Shown one piece after another: positions 20,169-29,568 of a stretch of DNA of 64,000 bases. Below the pieces are notes generated by a model. That model did not search any database. It saw only the letters and a list, made by a program, of their open reading frames with translations, and was not told the origin of the DNA. The stretch spans positions 1,171 to 65,170 of the forward strand of contig CAYVWD010000055.1 in NCBI GenBank assembly GCA_964455405.1, read 5' to 3'. Source of the stretch: an uncultured Candidatus Nitrosopelagicus sp. Lineage in GTDB: Archaea; Thermoproteota; Nitrososphaeria; Nitrososphaerales; Nitrosopumilaceae. Within the stretch, counting starts at the first letter, position 1; the number at the start of each line of letters is the position of its first letter. Made by a program: the position numbers and the translations under genes.

Positions 20169-20714
20169 TTAGCTAAAGATACGATTGTTTGTTATCGGTA
20201 GTAATACCGTATCATCTTTGAAAGCTTCTACAGCATCTTTGACCGCTGTACCCATTTCGGGTTTCGTATCTTGCCAAGTATCATCCTCAACCTTGACTTG
20301 GATTTCGTCACATTCTGGACATATAGCTTCTGGACATTGGTGATTCTGGTATACCCATATATCATTTTCTAAACCTTTAACTTTATCTTCTAACTCTACT
20401 ATTTCATTGATTAGGCTATAGTCGGTGTTTCTTTCAATTGTGTCTTGCATACAATCAAGTAGGGAATCCATATATATTTGTTCAATATAGTACTTCTCTG
20501 CTAATTTAACTAACTCACGTTCTGTCATATCTAATGTCTTGGTTAGTTCACGATTTGTTTGTTGTTCGTCTCTTAGTTGGCCAAGTCGCTTTGATTCACC
20601 TTGTAGATTCTCAAATATACCGTAGACTAGTTCACGAAATTCGTCATCAACATCGGATACTGTATCGAATGAAACACTAGTGGAATCTATGGTTACGTTT
20701 GTTAAGTCAGACAT
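20169..20714 (-). CDS. Early acidic coiled-coil protein
   Basis: Start MSDLT at 20714 after GGAG; has its own promoter and terminator. Confidence 0.65.
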   Translation of the reverse strand: MSDLTNVTIDSTSVSFDTVSDVDDEFRELVYGIFENLQGESKRLGQLRDEQQTNRELTKTLDMTERELVKLAEKYYIEQIYMDSLLDCMQDTIERNTDYSLINEIVELEDKVKGLENDIWVYQNHQCPEAICPECDEIQVKVEDDTWQDTKPEMGTAVKDAVEAFKDDTVLLPITNNRIFS

Positions 20715-20768
20715 AAGGCAATACTCCGATAAATTTATTATCAAGCTTTCGTTTGCTTGATTAAAGTT

Positions 20769-20812
20769 AGACTAGCATCGGGTATCATTGCTCAACAAAT
20801 AGGGTATGTAAG
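20769..20812 (-). promoter_or_regulatory. Early promoter copy 1 (44-bp family)
   Basis: CTTACA-TACCCTAT-TTGTTG-N18-TAGTCT. Confidence 0.7.
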
Positions 20813-20882
20813 AAAATGGGTATGTATTACACTCAATAGAATAGGGATATATCTATCGCCCGCCCCACCCAAAGGGTAGGAT

Positions 20883-20957
20883 TTATCAGCTCTAATTATC
20901 ACCTCTAATTATCAGCTCTAATTCCAGTTCCAGTTCCGATTCCAGTTCCAATTCCCA
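20883..20957. repeat. Three tandem 13-mers TTATCA(G/C)CTCTAA followed by six TTCCnn hexamers
   Basis: Read directly from the sequence. Confidence 0.9.
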
Positions 20958-21002
20958 TTACTTTTATCAACGCTAAATAGCCATGATAAGAATTAGAGGT
21001 GA

Positions 21003-21018
21003 TAGGGCCGAAGCCCTA
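21003..21018 (-). terminator. Hairpin with TTCG loop after gene 21033..21500
   Basis: TAGGGC-TTCG-GCCCTA on the minus strand. Confidence 0.5.
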
Positions 21019-21032
21019 CCGCCTCATTGGAG

Positions 21033-21500
21033 TTAATCTTCGTCATCATCCTTGACGTTTTTGGCCCCAAAATCATCCTCGATTAAGCTTTGCAATTCTG
21101 CTATAGGTTTTGCTTCATCAAAACCCGATATTTCCATTATCTTATAAGCGGAATTCTTAAGCTTGGATTTCCAAAGTTTCCGCCAATCGCCATCACGTTT
21201 AACCAACATAACAGGATTGCAAGGCCCCATGATGACTTCTGTCCCGTCAACAAAAGTCACTGCAAGCTTCATACCGAACCAACCAACCGATAGCTTTTTA
21301 AAAATGCCCCATCTTGGTTGACCAATCAATTTGATGCTTACAACGCCGTCAACGCTACCATAGGAACCACATAAGTCAGCGAATTTTTCCTCTAGGGTTA
21401 ACTCTTTAGCTTTGGTTACTTTTTTGCCCTTACCCTTGGGAGTGGCTTCAACTTCATCAACATCCACAATTTCGACTAACTCTTTATTTGCTCCAAACAT
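21033..21500 (-). CDS. Early protein, paralog of 22008..22463
   Basis: Start MFGANK after GGAG; shares KRD.DWRK and EI.G(F/Y)D with its paralog. Confidence 0.7.
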   Translation of the reverse strand: MFGANKELVEIVDVDEVEATPKGKGKKVTKAKELTLEEKFADLCGSYGSVDGVVSIKLIGQPRWGIFKKLSVGWFGMKLAVTFVDGTEVIMGPCNPVMLVKRDGDWRKLWKSKLKNSAYKIMEISGFDEAKPIAELQSLIEDDFGAKNVKDDDED

Positions 21501-21555
21501 AAAGAAAAACTCCAAATCAACTATAGTGTAACCTTTCGGTTCAGTTGATATTGAT

Positions 21556-21599
21556 AAACTAGCAGACAGTATCTTTGCTCGCAAAATAGGGTATGTAAG
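21556..21599 (-). promoter_or_regulatory. Early promoter copy 2
   Basis: CTTACA-TACCCTAT-TTTGCG-N18-TAGTTT. Confidence 0.7.
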
Positions 21600-21684
21600 A
21601 AAACAACACTATTAAAACTCTATAGGATACTGGGTCGTACTATCAATATGTAGTATAGGTATATATAACAGATACTATATATAG

Positions 21685-21736
21685 TTATCTAGACTAATTA
21701 TCAAGTCTAATTCCATTCCAATTCCATTCCAATTCC
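21685..21736. repeat. Second block of 13-mer (x2) plus TTCCA repeats
   Basis: TTATCTAGACTAA TTATCAAGTCTAA TTCCATTCCAATTCCATTCCAATTCC. Confidence 0.8.
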
Positions 21737-21860
21737 GGTGTATAGACGTATTCTTGATAAAGACATGATAAAAGTAAGGCCCCAAAAAAGGGCCTACATG
21801 ATAAAAATGAGGGGGGGAAAAGGGGGTATTATTATCATGGGTAACTATTTGTAGTACATA

Positions 21861-21940
21861 AGGGATATAAGGGATGTAAGGTGCTATAGGGATATAAGGG
21901 ATATAGGGGATGTAGGGGATGTAAGGAAATGTAGGGAATA
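21861..21940. repeat. About 9 tandem degenerate 9-mers (A/G)GGGAT(A/G)TA
   Basis: Read directly from the sequence. Confidence 0.9.
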
Positions 21941-21948
21941 CGAAAGAC

Positions 21949-21981
21949 AAAAAAAGGGGATGGCGTTTCCGCCATCCCCTT
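21949..21981 (-). terminator. Rho-independent terminator
   Basis: AAGGGGATGGCG-GAAA-CGCCATCCCC followed by a T7 run on the minus strand. Confidence 0.85.
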
Positions 21982-22007
21982 GTGTTCCTATAGGACTCTA
22001 TAGTTCC

Positions 22008-22463
22008 TTAGTCTTCCTTAACAGTCTTCTCACCTAAGAACTCTTCTGCATTAGTACCGTCATATCCTTCTATCTCTGTTATATGTATTCCACTCCTAAT
22101 AAGTGTAGAGTTATTCTCTTTCCGCCAATCTGAATCCCGTTTCTTAAGTAATACGACACTTATAGGTGCTGTTACATACCATTCACCTTCTATAAGAACA
22201 TCACATCTTAGGTTAGTAACACCTACATTACCACTAGCAAACACTCTAGACTTAGGAGTATTACGAACATTGATGCTATCAATATCTACGACACCATAAG
22301 TACCCATATCTGGATGCTTATCGTTTTTAGATGCTTTAGTAGCTGTAGTTGCTTTACCTTTTTTAGTAGTCTTAGGTTTTTTAGTAGTCTTAGGTGTTTT
22401 TTCTTCTTCTTGTTCTTCTACAACGTCTACTAATTCTTCAACCACATTCTTTGTACCAAACAT
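22008..22463 (-). CDS. Early protein, paralog of 21033..21500
   Basis: Start MFGTKN after AGGTGA; K/T-rich linker. Confidence 0.7.
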   Translation of the reverse strand: MFGTKNVVEELVDVVEEQEEEKTPKTTKKPKTTKKGKATTATKASKNDKHPDMGTYGVVDIDSINVRNTPKSRVFASGNVGVTNLRCDVLIEGEWYVTAPISVVLLKKRDSDWRKENNSTLIRSGIHITEIEGYDGTNAEEFLGEKTVKED

Positions 22464-22522
22464 ATAACAATCACCTATGATATATAAAGTCACCAGCGAC
22501 AGTTTTCGCTGATGCTAGGTTT

Positions 22523-22566
22523 AGACTATTCGCTCGTTTCTTTGCTCGTCAAACAGGGTCTGTCAA
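22523..22566 (-). promoter_or_regulatory. Early promoter copy 3
   Basis: TTGACA-GACCCTGT-TTGACG-N18-TAGTCT. Confidence 0.75.
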
Positions 22567-22719
22567 TATCCGTATAGTTCTTATAACCTGTTAAGGTAGT
22601 TATAGAACGGCCATAACAGCGTTTTAAAGCGTTTTAAGGGGCCTATAAGACCTTTCAGGGTTTCTAGTACCTTGAAGTCTATTAAAGGGTATAAATACAT
22701 ATTCCTTCCTACCTTCCTG

Positions 22720-22929
22720 TTAACCTTCTTTCTGTTTTCTGATACGTTCCTTTTCCTGTTCGACATCAAGTTCCTTAGTTCTGTTGGAGTTGCTAAATTC
22801 CTTTTCATCTCCACACTTCTTGCATATGCCTTTACTCCATGAACCAAATGAATCATTTTTACTTCTGTAATTCCTCCTTTCATATTTAGGTGACTCTATT
22901 ATCCAATAGTGTATGCACTGGTTTTCCAT
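22720..22929 (-). CDS. Small Zn-binding protein
   Basis: CIHYWIIE...GICKKCG..KEF.N pattern. Confidence 0.6.
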   Translation of the reverse strand: MENQCIHYWIIESPKYERRNYRSKNDSFGSWSKGICKKCGDEKEFSNSNRTKELDVEQEKERIRKQKEG

Positions 22930-23324
22930 TGGTGTTCCTCCTTTAGTTTCTCTAGTATTTCTAATTGACTCTTAGGTGCTACATCCATTTTAGCTAATGC
23001 TTTAGCTTCTACTTGTCTTATTCTTTCTCTTGTTACTCCTAAGGTCTTTCCTACTTGTTCTAGTGTTTTAAATCCTTTGCCGTCCAAACCAAAGCGTAGT
23101 CCTAAAACCTGTTCTTCATGGTATGTAAACATAGGTTCGTGTTGCTCCTTTAATTCTTGTAGATGATTACTTGCTTTTATGTATCTATGAATACAATCAA
23201 CACACATTCTTTCTCTTCCGCCCACCGTCACTTTATATTCTGTAGGACTTAACCAATCATTAAGACATAAAGGACAATCATATTCATAGGCTTGCTCACC
23301 ATTGTCAAATGTTTTCAATGTCAT
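22899..23324 (-). CDS. Zn-ribbon fused to a sigma70 region-4 HTH
   Basis: CPLC..CVDC, then [35 protein letters not shown], very close to the RpoD region 4.2 consensus. Confidence 0.85.
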   Translation of the reverse strand: MTLKTFDNGEQAYEYDCPLCLNDWLSPTEYKVTVGGRERMCVDCIHRYIKASNHLQELKEQHEPMFTYHEEQVLGLRFGLDGKGFKTLEQVGKTLGVTRERIRQVEAKALAKMDVAPKSQLEILEKLKEEHQWKTSAYTIG

Positions 23325-23325
23325 A

Positions 23326-23583
23326 TTATTTCAATCCTTGATGTTGTAATGTAGAATGCCGATTGATATATACTTGGTCAAATAGCTGTTCCATATTAGG
23401 ATACATTACATGGAGTATGTAGTTCATATCTGCTATGTTTGATTCTTCCCGATGTACAGACTCACATTCAGATAATTTCCTAACAGCTAGATATAATGCT
23501 TGGGCCATTAACAGTCTTCCTCTAGGTGAATCCACAAACTCTTGAGTCTCTTTAATCCCTTCTGCATATTCTATACTAGGCAT
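23326..23583 (-). CDS. Hypothetical protein, paralog of 37314..37562
   Basis: [22 protein letters not shown]. Confidence 0.6.
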   Translation of the reverse strand: MPSIEYAEGIKETQEFVDSPRGRLLMAQALYLAVRKLSECESVHREESNIADMNYILHVMYPNMEQLFDQVYINRHSTLQHQGLK

Positions 23584-23588
23584 TATAT

Positions 23589-23990
23589 TTAATTCTCCCC
23601 TTTCATTTGTTTATTAAGCATCTCTATCATTGATGGAGGCATATGAATTATATGTGGTTCAGACTTAGTATCCAATCTGTATTCACCGCAAACCTCAGGT
23701 TTATACATCAGGTTATCTTTCGGTAAATAGGCTAGTAACTCTTCACTACTTATATGACTTATTAAAGTCATAAGAGAATATAGAAAGTCTTTGTCTGGAT
23801 TAGATGGTGGAGTCATATCCACATTACCGGAATCCATATACTTATAAACGTCAGTAAGTATGTTATCCATAACGGTAGCACATAAATCCCAGCGTTCATA
23901 TCCATCATCTTCCACTATGTCTTGTGTTAATCCTTCCATGTTCATACTTCTCATGTAATCCTCATCGTTTAAAACATTCTGGTTATCCAT
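23589..23990 (-). CDS. Hypothetical acidic protein
   Basis: ORF packed within the early operon. Confidence 0.55.
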   Translation of the reverse strand: MDNQNVLNDEDYMRSMNMEGLTQDIVEDDGYERWDLCATVMDNILTDVYKYMDSGNVDMTPPSNPDKDFLYSLMTLISHISSEELLAYLPKDNLMYKPEVCGEYRLDTKSEPHIIHMPPSMIEMLNKQMKGEN

Positions 23991-24276
23991 TAAGTTTTAT
24001 ACCCTCCCTTTCCGCTTTAAGTTGTGCTACCGTAGTTTCTTTAGAACACTCTACACATAAGTATTCTGGTGTCCAGCCTCTTTGAGTTTCAGTTGCTCCA
24101 AGTACCATACCACAATTCATACACTCAACATCTATATATTCTACAGTGCTGAAGTATTTCTCATCGGCCATCTCGATTGTTCGCTCCATCTTAAACCATT
24201 CATCTGGAGTAAGTTCAGATAGTGTACCTCTTATCCATAGTTCAAACATCCCAGTTTCTGTATTAAAGTGAAGCAT
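23983..24276 (-). CDS. Hypothetical Zn-finger protein
   Basis: CMNC...CVEC. Confidence 0.55.
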   Translation of the reverse strand: MLHFNTETGMFELWIRGTLSELTPDEWFKMERTIEMADEKYFSTVEYIDVECMNCGMVLGATETQRGWTPEYLCVECSKETTVAQLKAEREGIKLNG

Positions 24277-24366
24277 CCTTAATCTCCTTTATAGATTCTA
24301 TATTGTTCTTGGTATACTAGGATAGCTAATCTCATCTTGTACTTATATGTCAATGCTGTCATATGT

Positions 24367-24942
24367 TTACACCTCCTTTAATTCTTCAATACAAGTTGTT
24401 AATTCATAGCCATCCCTAATACAAGTATCACACAATGTATGCTTATATTCTTTAACTAGGCAAGCACCCATAGTTGCACCACAATTGATACAAGCAACTT
24501 CTGTAATCTCTTGTGCATCAACATCACCACCACATTCTTCACATTCACATTTACCGTCATCGTCCACCATGTGTTCATAAGATTCATATTGTTCTTTAGA
24601 GTAATCAGATAAGAGGTCTGGAAACTCATGGTTATCAAAGGCTTCTATAAAATCATGTACATCTTGGTCTGTATCTTGGCAGACATAGAAACCTTCTGAG
24701 TCTTTAAACTCTATGTAGGTAGGAACTACACTAAGTCCTTGCACTCGCTCTTTGAAATTCTGAGTTAAGGCATTGGCTATTACACAACTAGTAGGTTCAC
24801 CAACATCACCTTTTGGTAAGTCTTCTAAAGGTGTCATACCCATAGGAACAAAGGTATCATTCAACCATTTGATAGTGTGCATTATCATTCTTGTACTTGT
24901 CTCTTGGAGGTCTTGTTCTAAAGTAGTTCTGTTTGTATTCAT
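24367..24942 (-). CDS. Hypothetical Cys-rich protein
   Basis: CECEEC and CINCG...CDTC; C-terminus resembles 23983..24276. Confidence 0.55.
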   Translation of the reverse strand: MNTNRTTLEQDLQETSTRMIMHTIKWLNDTFVPMGMTPLEDLPKGDVGEPTSCVIANALTQNFKERVQGLSVVPTYIEFKDSEGFYVCQDTDQDVHDFIEAFDNHEFPDLLSDYSKEQYESYEHMVDDDGKCECEECGGDVDAQEITEVACINCGATMGACLVKEYKHTLCDTCIRDGYELTTCIEELKEV

Positions 24943-24944
24943 GT

Positions 24945-25265
24945 TTAGTTTTCTCCTAAAGCTAATATTCTAATGACTTCATCTAGTACCATTTGTTCGT
25001 CTGCTTTAACTTCTGGGGCAGAGTAAGGATTATTAAAGACATAATATTCTGCTCTTGTCTTAGCATCCTCAAGTGTATAAGCATACCCATTAAATCCACC
25101 GCCACCCCCAATAGCTCTTACAGCACTTGGAGTACCATGCCATAGATGTCTAACCCTAAAAGGTTGGTCAATCTCTAACCGTTTCCAGCAATACTTATCT
25201 ACCTCCATGTCCACCATGTGTTCACAAACATAACAAGTCTTATCCTCTATACCTAAACAGTCCAT
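24945..25265 (-). CDS. Hypothetical protein
   Basis: ORF with GAAGGA SD. Confidence 0.5.
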   Translation of the reverse strand: MDCLGIEDKTCYVCEHMVDMEVDKYCWKRLEIDQPFRVRHLWHGTPSAVRAIGGGGGFNGYAYTLEDAKTRAEYYVFNNPYSAPEVKADEQMVLDEVIRILALGEN

Positions 25266-25428
25266 ACTTATCCTTCTCCAAATAGAAATTTTCTTAGTCT
25301 ATGTTGTTGAATGAGGATTGACTCCTCATTCGTTAACAAGTATTGAATCCTATTAGACTCACTAGCAAATCTTTTGATGTTTGCTATGTCAGCTAACCTT
25401 TGTAACTTTGGGGATATAGCCACTGTCT

Positions 25429-25656
25429 TTATTTCTCTAATGATTTAATCGCCTCCTTTAAATTCTTTAGAGTTTCCTCACCTATTACTATACCCAGCAG
25501 TTCTTCTTCTCTATACATCTCCTTTAGTAGATGCTCTTTAGCATCGTTGATGATTTGGATAACTTTCTCACTAGTGAAATCATACTCACAGATATCTTGA
25601 GCATCCGATAGAGTTGAAAAGCATCGCCAGACATTTCTTAGTTCTTCTTTAGTCAT
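25429..25656 (-). CDS. Hypothetical protein
   Basis: ORF with AAGGAG upstream. Confidence 0.5.
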   Translation of the reverse strand: MTKEELRNVWRCFSTLSDAQDICEYDFTSEKVIQIINDAKEHLLKEMYREEELLGIVIGEETLKNLKEAIKSLEK

Positions 25657-25662
25657 ATGTTT

Positions 25663-26064
25663 TCATACTCCTTTAGTATCGTAAGGTGATTCATTACTCT
25701 CTACGCTCCAAAGAGACTCTAAGTCTTGAGTGTTTCTTTGGAACCTTAACCCCACAGCGAATGCTGCAAACATTAAACTTCTATAGACATCAGCACCCAT
25801 CATAACCACTGGAGAAATGTGGTTAGATTCATCACCACAATCACAATCCTTTACCTCTACCGCCTTATTAAAAGCAGTAGGGATAATGTCTCCAGAACTT
25901 ACTGATTCGTTAAAGAGTGAAAAGACTATAGCCTCTACTACAGAATCATCGTGACAATAAGTGTCTTTAATTCTATCAGCTTCACCAGACTCTATCAGTT
26001 CATCCATGATTTTTCTAGCCTGTTTGTCCAAGTCAGTAAATCTCTCGTCCTCAAAGTTAAACAT
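25663..26064 (-). CDS. Hypothetical protein, weak paralog of 28136..28504
   Basis: C-terminal F.(V/I)G.....DLE.LW pattern. Confidence 0.55.
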   Translation of the reverse strand: MFNFEDERFTDLDKQARKIMDELIESGEADRIKDTYCHDDSVVEAIVFSLFNESVSSGDIIPTAFNKAVEVKDCDCGDESNHISPVVMMGADVYRSLMFAAFAVGLRFQRNTQDLESLWSVESNESPYDTKGV

Positions 26065-26572
26065 TCTCTACATCTCCTACTATTTCTTTTTGGTCTACTT
26101 GCCACATATCAATCACTTCGTCACTACGATAACCACAATCGTAACAGCACCAATCAGCGTCTACTGTACTACCTCCACAGTATTCACAGACATGAATATA
26201 CTTTCTTGGTGCTTTTAAATCATAAACTGCATTAAGGATTTGCAGTAGTTGCTTGGGAGTTACCCAGCCTAGAACATCATCACGTTCATCACCTCCTATT
26301 ATTTCTTTTAACGCCCCATCACCAACCTTATGAAGTGGTACTATCTTATGCTCACTAGTATCTATTACTGCTACCTCAGCGTTCTTACACTCCATAGGTA
26401 ATATATGAGTACCATTATTTTCTAGTATCCTTTGATTGTTATTGTTAGAACAGTAGTGTATTGAACCCCACTGAACAGATACAGACCAACCATTGATGAA
26501 TGATATCCTAAATCCTGTGTCGGTACTAGTGAACCCATAGAGTGATGAAGTAGATGAAGTTGTTGGATACAT
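26057..26572 (-). CDS. Conserved phage early protein
   Basis: F.NGWSVSVQWG..HYC...AEVAV...DDVLGWVT pattern plus a C-terminal Zn ribbon; first gene after promoter 4. Confidence 0.65.
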   Translation of the reverse strand: MYPTTSSTSSLYGFTSTDTGFRISFINGWSVSVQWGSIHYCSNNNNQRILENNGTHILPMECKNAEVAVIDTSEHKIVPLHKVGDGALKEIIGGDERDDVLGWVTPKQLLQILNAVYDLKAPRKYIHVCEYCGGSTVDADWCCYDCGYRSDEVIDMWQVDQKEIVGDVENV

Positions 26573-26617
26573 AAAGAAAACTCCTTCGGCGTTGCTTGTG
26601 CAACTTTTGATAATCTC

Positions 26618-26661
26618 AGACTACTCGGCTGTCCTTTTGCTCGTCAAATCGGGTCTGCCAA
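26618..26661 (-). promoter_or_regulatory. Early promoter copy 4
   Basis: TTGGCA-GACCCGAT-TTGACG-N18-TAGTCT. Confidence 0.75.
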
Positions 26662-26674
26662 CCTCCATAAAGGA

Positions 26675-26890
26675 CTATGTATTCACTGTAGAGATATGTC
26701 TATTGTATTTCAATGTACTCATCTTATCCCAACATGACATACAGTATCCATCAGCTAACCAATCTACCTCCATACAGTCTTTAGTAATACAATATCCATA
26801 AGTTTCTTCAGGGATATATGCGTCTTCATCAACCGGATATGTATCTACATTTAGCTTAGGCCCTTTATATTTAGGGGGCATTTTATCCAT
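26675..26890 (-). CDS. Small Cys-containing protein
   Basis: ORF packed with neighbours. Confidence 0.5.
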   Translation of the reverse strand: MDKMPPKYKGPKLNVDTYPVDEDAYIPEETYGYCITKDCMEVDWLADGYCMSCWDKMSTLKYNRHISTVNT

Positions 26891-27269
26891 TATTCATCTC
26901 CGTTAATCTAATTAAATCTCTAGTCTCTTGTCTCAATTGTCCATTTAACATTCTTTGTTTCTCAGATGCAGAACGTAATAGATTGTTCTCTATGGTTAAT
27001 CGTTCTATTTGTTCTTTCTGTTCCGCTATGATGCTTTGAAGTTCCTTCACAAATGAATCATCCTTTGGTGCTATTACTGCTTTCCATTCTCCATCTATAG
27101 GCCAGCATATAAGACACCCACAAAAGTTTACATAGTCTACACAATCTGTTCCATCTATACAGCTATCAGGGTCTGCCCTACATCTATGAAAGTCTCTTCC
27201 ATATCTATAGTCTTCAGTACAATTGTCACATATTATCCAGTGTTCCTGTTTGTCATTATTCATATTCAT
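26883..27269 (-). CDS. Cys-rich protein with coiled-coil C-terminus
   Basis: ORF with SD AAGGAAG. Confidence 0.55.
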   Translation of the reverse strand: MNMNNDKQEHWIICDNCTEDYRYGRDFHRCRADPDSCIDGTDCVDYVNFCGCLICWPIDGEWKAVIAPKDDSFVKELQSIIAEQKEQIERLTIENNLLRSASEKQRMLNGQLRQETRDLIRLTEMNNG

Positions 27270-27492
27270 ACTTCCTTGCTATACATCTTGTCATACATTT
27301 CTTGTAGTTCATCATCACCAAAATCATTTAACCAATCTAAGAGATTCTCTATAACTATATCATGGACTTCTCCTTCTCCCATTACATCGTAATAGTATTC
27401 ACATAGTTCTACTCGTTCCGCATCAGTCATTTATATTCTCCTTATACTAACATACTATTAAAGATTAAATATACCCAAAAAGGATTCATATA

Positions 27493-28149
27493 TTATTCCT
27501 CTCCTCTGTCATGTCTTGCTCTCCATGCTAACCATGTCGTAGCCTGTACTTCATTGTAGTGTTTATCTAATTTCTTAGATGCCATTAAATAACTTCTCTG
27601 TATTTGTATATTCCCTTCCGCTCTAGTACCTCTACCTAATTGGATAGGACTAGGGACAGCCTTTAGATATACTGCAATAGCGTGTCGGTCAATGGTTGGG
27701 CCGTAATCTCCTTGAGGATTTAGTATGTTCATAAAGAACGGTTTAGTCTTCCATGCTTGTGGCCCCAAAATCTCCAACACTTTATCAATTGATAGTTCTC
27801 CATTCTTAAAACTCTCTACTATCTGTACTGCTTTAGAGAACTCACGTTCTGTACAGAAGGTTGGTTTGTCTAATGTATGAGAGAATGTACTAGCATTCTC
27901 TACATTCCTATCCCAAGCTGTCTGTGGGGATAGAGCAGATATAACACCAGCCCCAATAATACCAGCCGTTTCCCAATCCGATACATCAAAGTGTGTAGTT
28001 AATATATTATAGCCAATGATGTTAGCCATTGAATTTGCTATCTCATACCAGTGTGACCCTTGGTATTTAGTAGCAATGGATGTTTCATCATATATGTCTA
28101 TAATATTTTGATACGAACCTCTTAGCAGTCTACGTTTACTCATTGTCAT
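27493..28149 (-). CDS. DUF7178-like phage protein (HhH/glycosylase-like fold suspected)
   Basis: WY, ISALSPQT.W..N, KT..F..NI, TIDRHA and QATTW motifs. Confidence 0.65.
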   Translation of the reverse strand: MTMSKRRLLRGSYQNIIDIYDETSIATKYQGSHWYEIANSMANIIGYNILTTHFDVSDWETAGIIGAGVISALSPQTAWDRNVENASTFSHTLDKPTFCTEREFSKAVQIVESFKNGELSIDKVLEILGPQAWKTKPFFMNILNPQGDYGPTIDRHAIAVYLKAVPSPIQLGRGTRAEGNIQIQRSYLMASKKLDKHYNEVQATTWLAWRARHDRGEE

Positions 28150-28504
28150 TCTCCCTTATTGGTTCAATAGATTCTGGTAGATTCCATAAGTCCTCTATGT
28201 TCTTTACAGACCTAAAAGCCTCAGCCCCAATCACAAAACAGTTATACATTATATACTTAAGAATACTAACAGTCATCTTAATCTTTTCTTCCTGTGTCTT
28301 TTCTTCAATAGCTACTTGAATCAATCCGCTTTCAGCTAAACTTTTATACAACAAATAGAACGCTCCATCTATACCACCATCAGCAGAGTTAAACAGTTCA
28401 AATGTTTTCTCTAAGTTAGCTGTAGATATACGCTCTAACAATTCTTTCCCCCTTTCCAGATTAACCTTACCGTGCATTTCACTAAAGTCCATTGGTTCTA
28501 GCAT
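28136..28504 (-). CDS. Hypothetical protein
   Basis: ORF with AAGGTGG SD. Confidence 0.55.
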   Translation of the reverse strand: MLEPMDFSEMHGKVNLERGKELLERISTANLEKTFELFNSADGGIDGAFYLLYKSLAESGLIQVAIEEKTQEEKIKMTVSILKYIMYNCFVIGAEAFRSVKNIEDLWNLPESIEPIRENDNE

Positions 28505-28513
28505 AGTACCACC

Positions 28514-28792
28514 TTACCCTATATCAAAAGATGTGTGTTCTTTACAATGGCCACACACTCCAAAGGCCATATCTTCTTCTGTCTGTTGTAATGCTCCTAT
28601 AGGATATGCACCACAACATTCAGATACCCATTCTTCATAAGGAGCAGAATCATCATCATCAAATTCTTCATCTTCCATTTCCATCTCACATATCTCACAC
28701 ATATCATCTACTACTTGTCTATGATGGGTACGACAATATCCTACACGTTCTCCATATCTTTCTTCATAGTCCTCTTTGTCAAAATTATACAT
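28514..28792 (-). CDS. Acidic Zn-ribbon protein
   Basis: SECCGA...CGHCKEH. Confidence 0.6.
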   Translation of the reverse strand: MYNFDKEDYEERYGERVGYCRTHHRQVVDDMCEICEMEMEDEEFDDDDSAPYEEWVSECCGAYPIGALQQTEEDMAFGVCGHCKEHTSFDIG

Positions 28793-29082
28793 TACTCTAC
28801 TCCCTTAGCTATATGTTTTGTATGAATAACACTAGCACAATTAAAGCATATTAACACTAGTCTATCTGTCTGTTCAAACTTAGTCCAAACAAAATCTTTA
28901 CTTGTCTCAGCTTCAAAGCCACAGTAGCATTTAATATTCTTATCCTTCTTCATCCTCTTTCTCTGTCATCCTCTTTATCTGGTGGTACTAATTGCATTAC
29001 CCATGTGTCCTGAAAGAATCCTGATTGGGTCATTGCATCCTCAAATTCGTATGGCCCATGAACTTCATAACCATCTGATAGA

Positions 29083-29445
29083 TTACCAACTACTATTACC
29101 CATTGCATTTCCATGTTGTCTCCTTATACCATCTTGCCATCTTCGTTCACTTCTTAATCTAACCTCTGGAGTTATAACATCGTTATCGTCTAGCTGTCTT
29201 CTATGTAGATAATCTGCATTACCATCTACATAGTCTGTAGGATAATAATCGTTATTTATAAAATCTTCTTCTAATACTAAACCTCTAAAGTATTTTATAA
29301 GTCTTTTAGCTTCTCCTTGTAATTGTACTAATGATTCGTTATCCACCCTCCGAAATAAAATATCGTCTAATATAGACTCAAGTCTATCTGCTCTCCATAC
29401 CCATGTTCTAGTTATGTGGTTACTACCATAGTATGATGTATTCAT
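29083..29445 (-). CDS. Hypothetical protein
   Basis: ORF with AGGAG SD; a hairpin at 29457-29480 lies just upstream. Confidence 0.55.
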   Translation of the reverse strand: MNTSYYGSNHITRTWVWRADRLESILDDILFRRVDNESLVQLQGEAKRLIKYFRGLVLEEDFINNDYYPTDYVDGNADYLHRRQLDDNDVITPEVRLRSERRWQDGIRRQHGNAMGNSSW

Positions 29446-29568
29446 ATTCTCCTATAGGGTGGGGAATAAATCCCCACCCCTTTCACTTAGATAACCCCTG
29501 TATAATTTAATGCTAATGTCATCCAAACACCTGTCATAATTACTGCGTTGGTTACCATCATCCATGTA

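Noticed and set aside
20883-21940. Possible CRISPR array
   Set aside because: Repeats are 5-13 bp and tandem, with no unique spacers of constant length
21675-21950. 91-aa ORF with PYI repeats
   Set aside because: It is the translation of the 9-mer DNA repeat, starts inside a terminator and has no SD
22581-22883. 100-aa ORF overlapping 22720..22929
   Set aside because: Alternative frame; the overlapping Zn-binding ORF has the recognisable pattern
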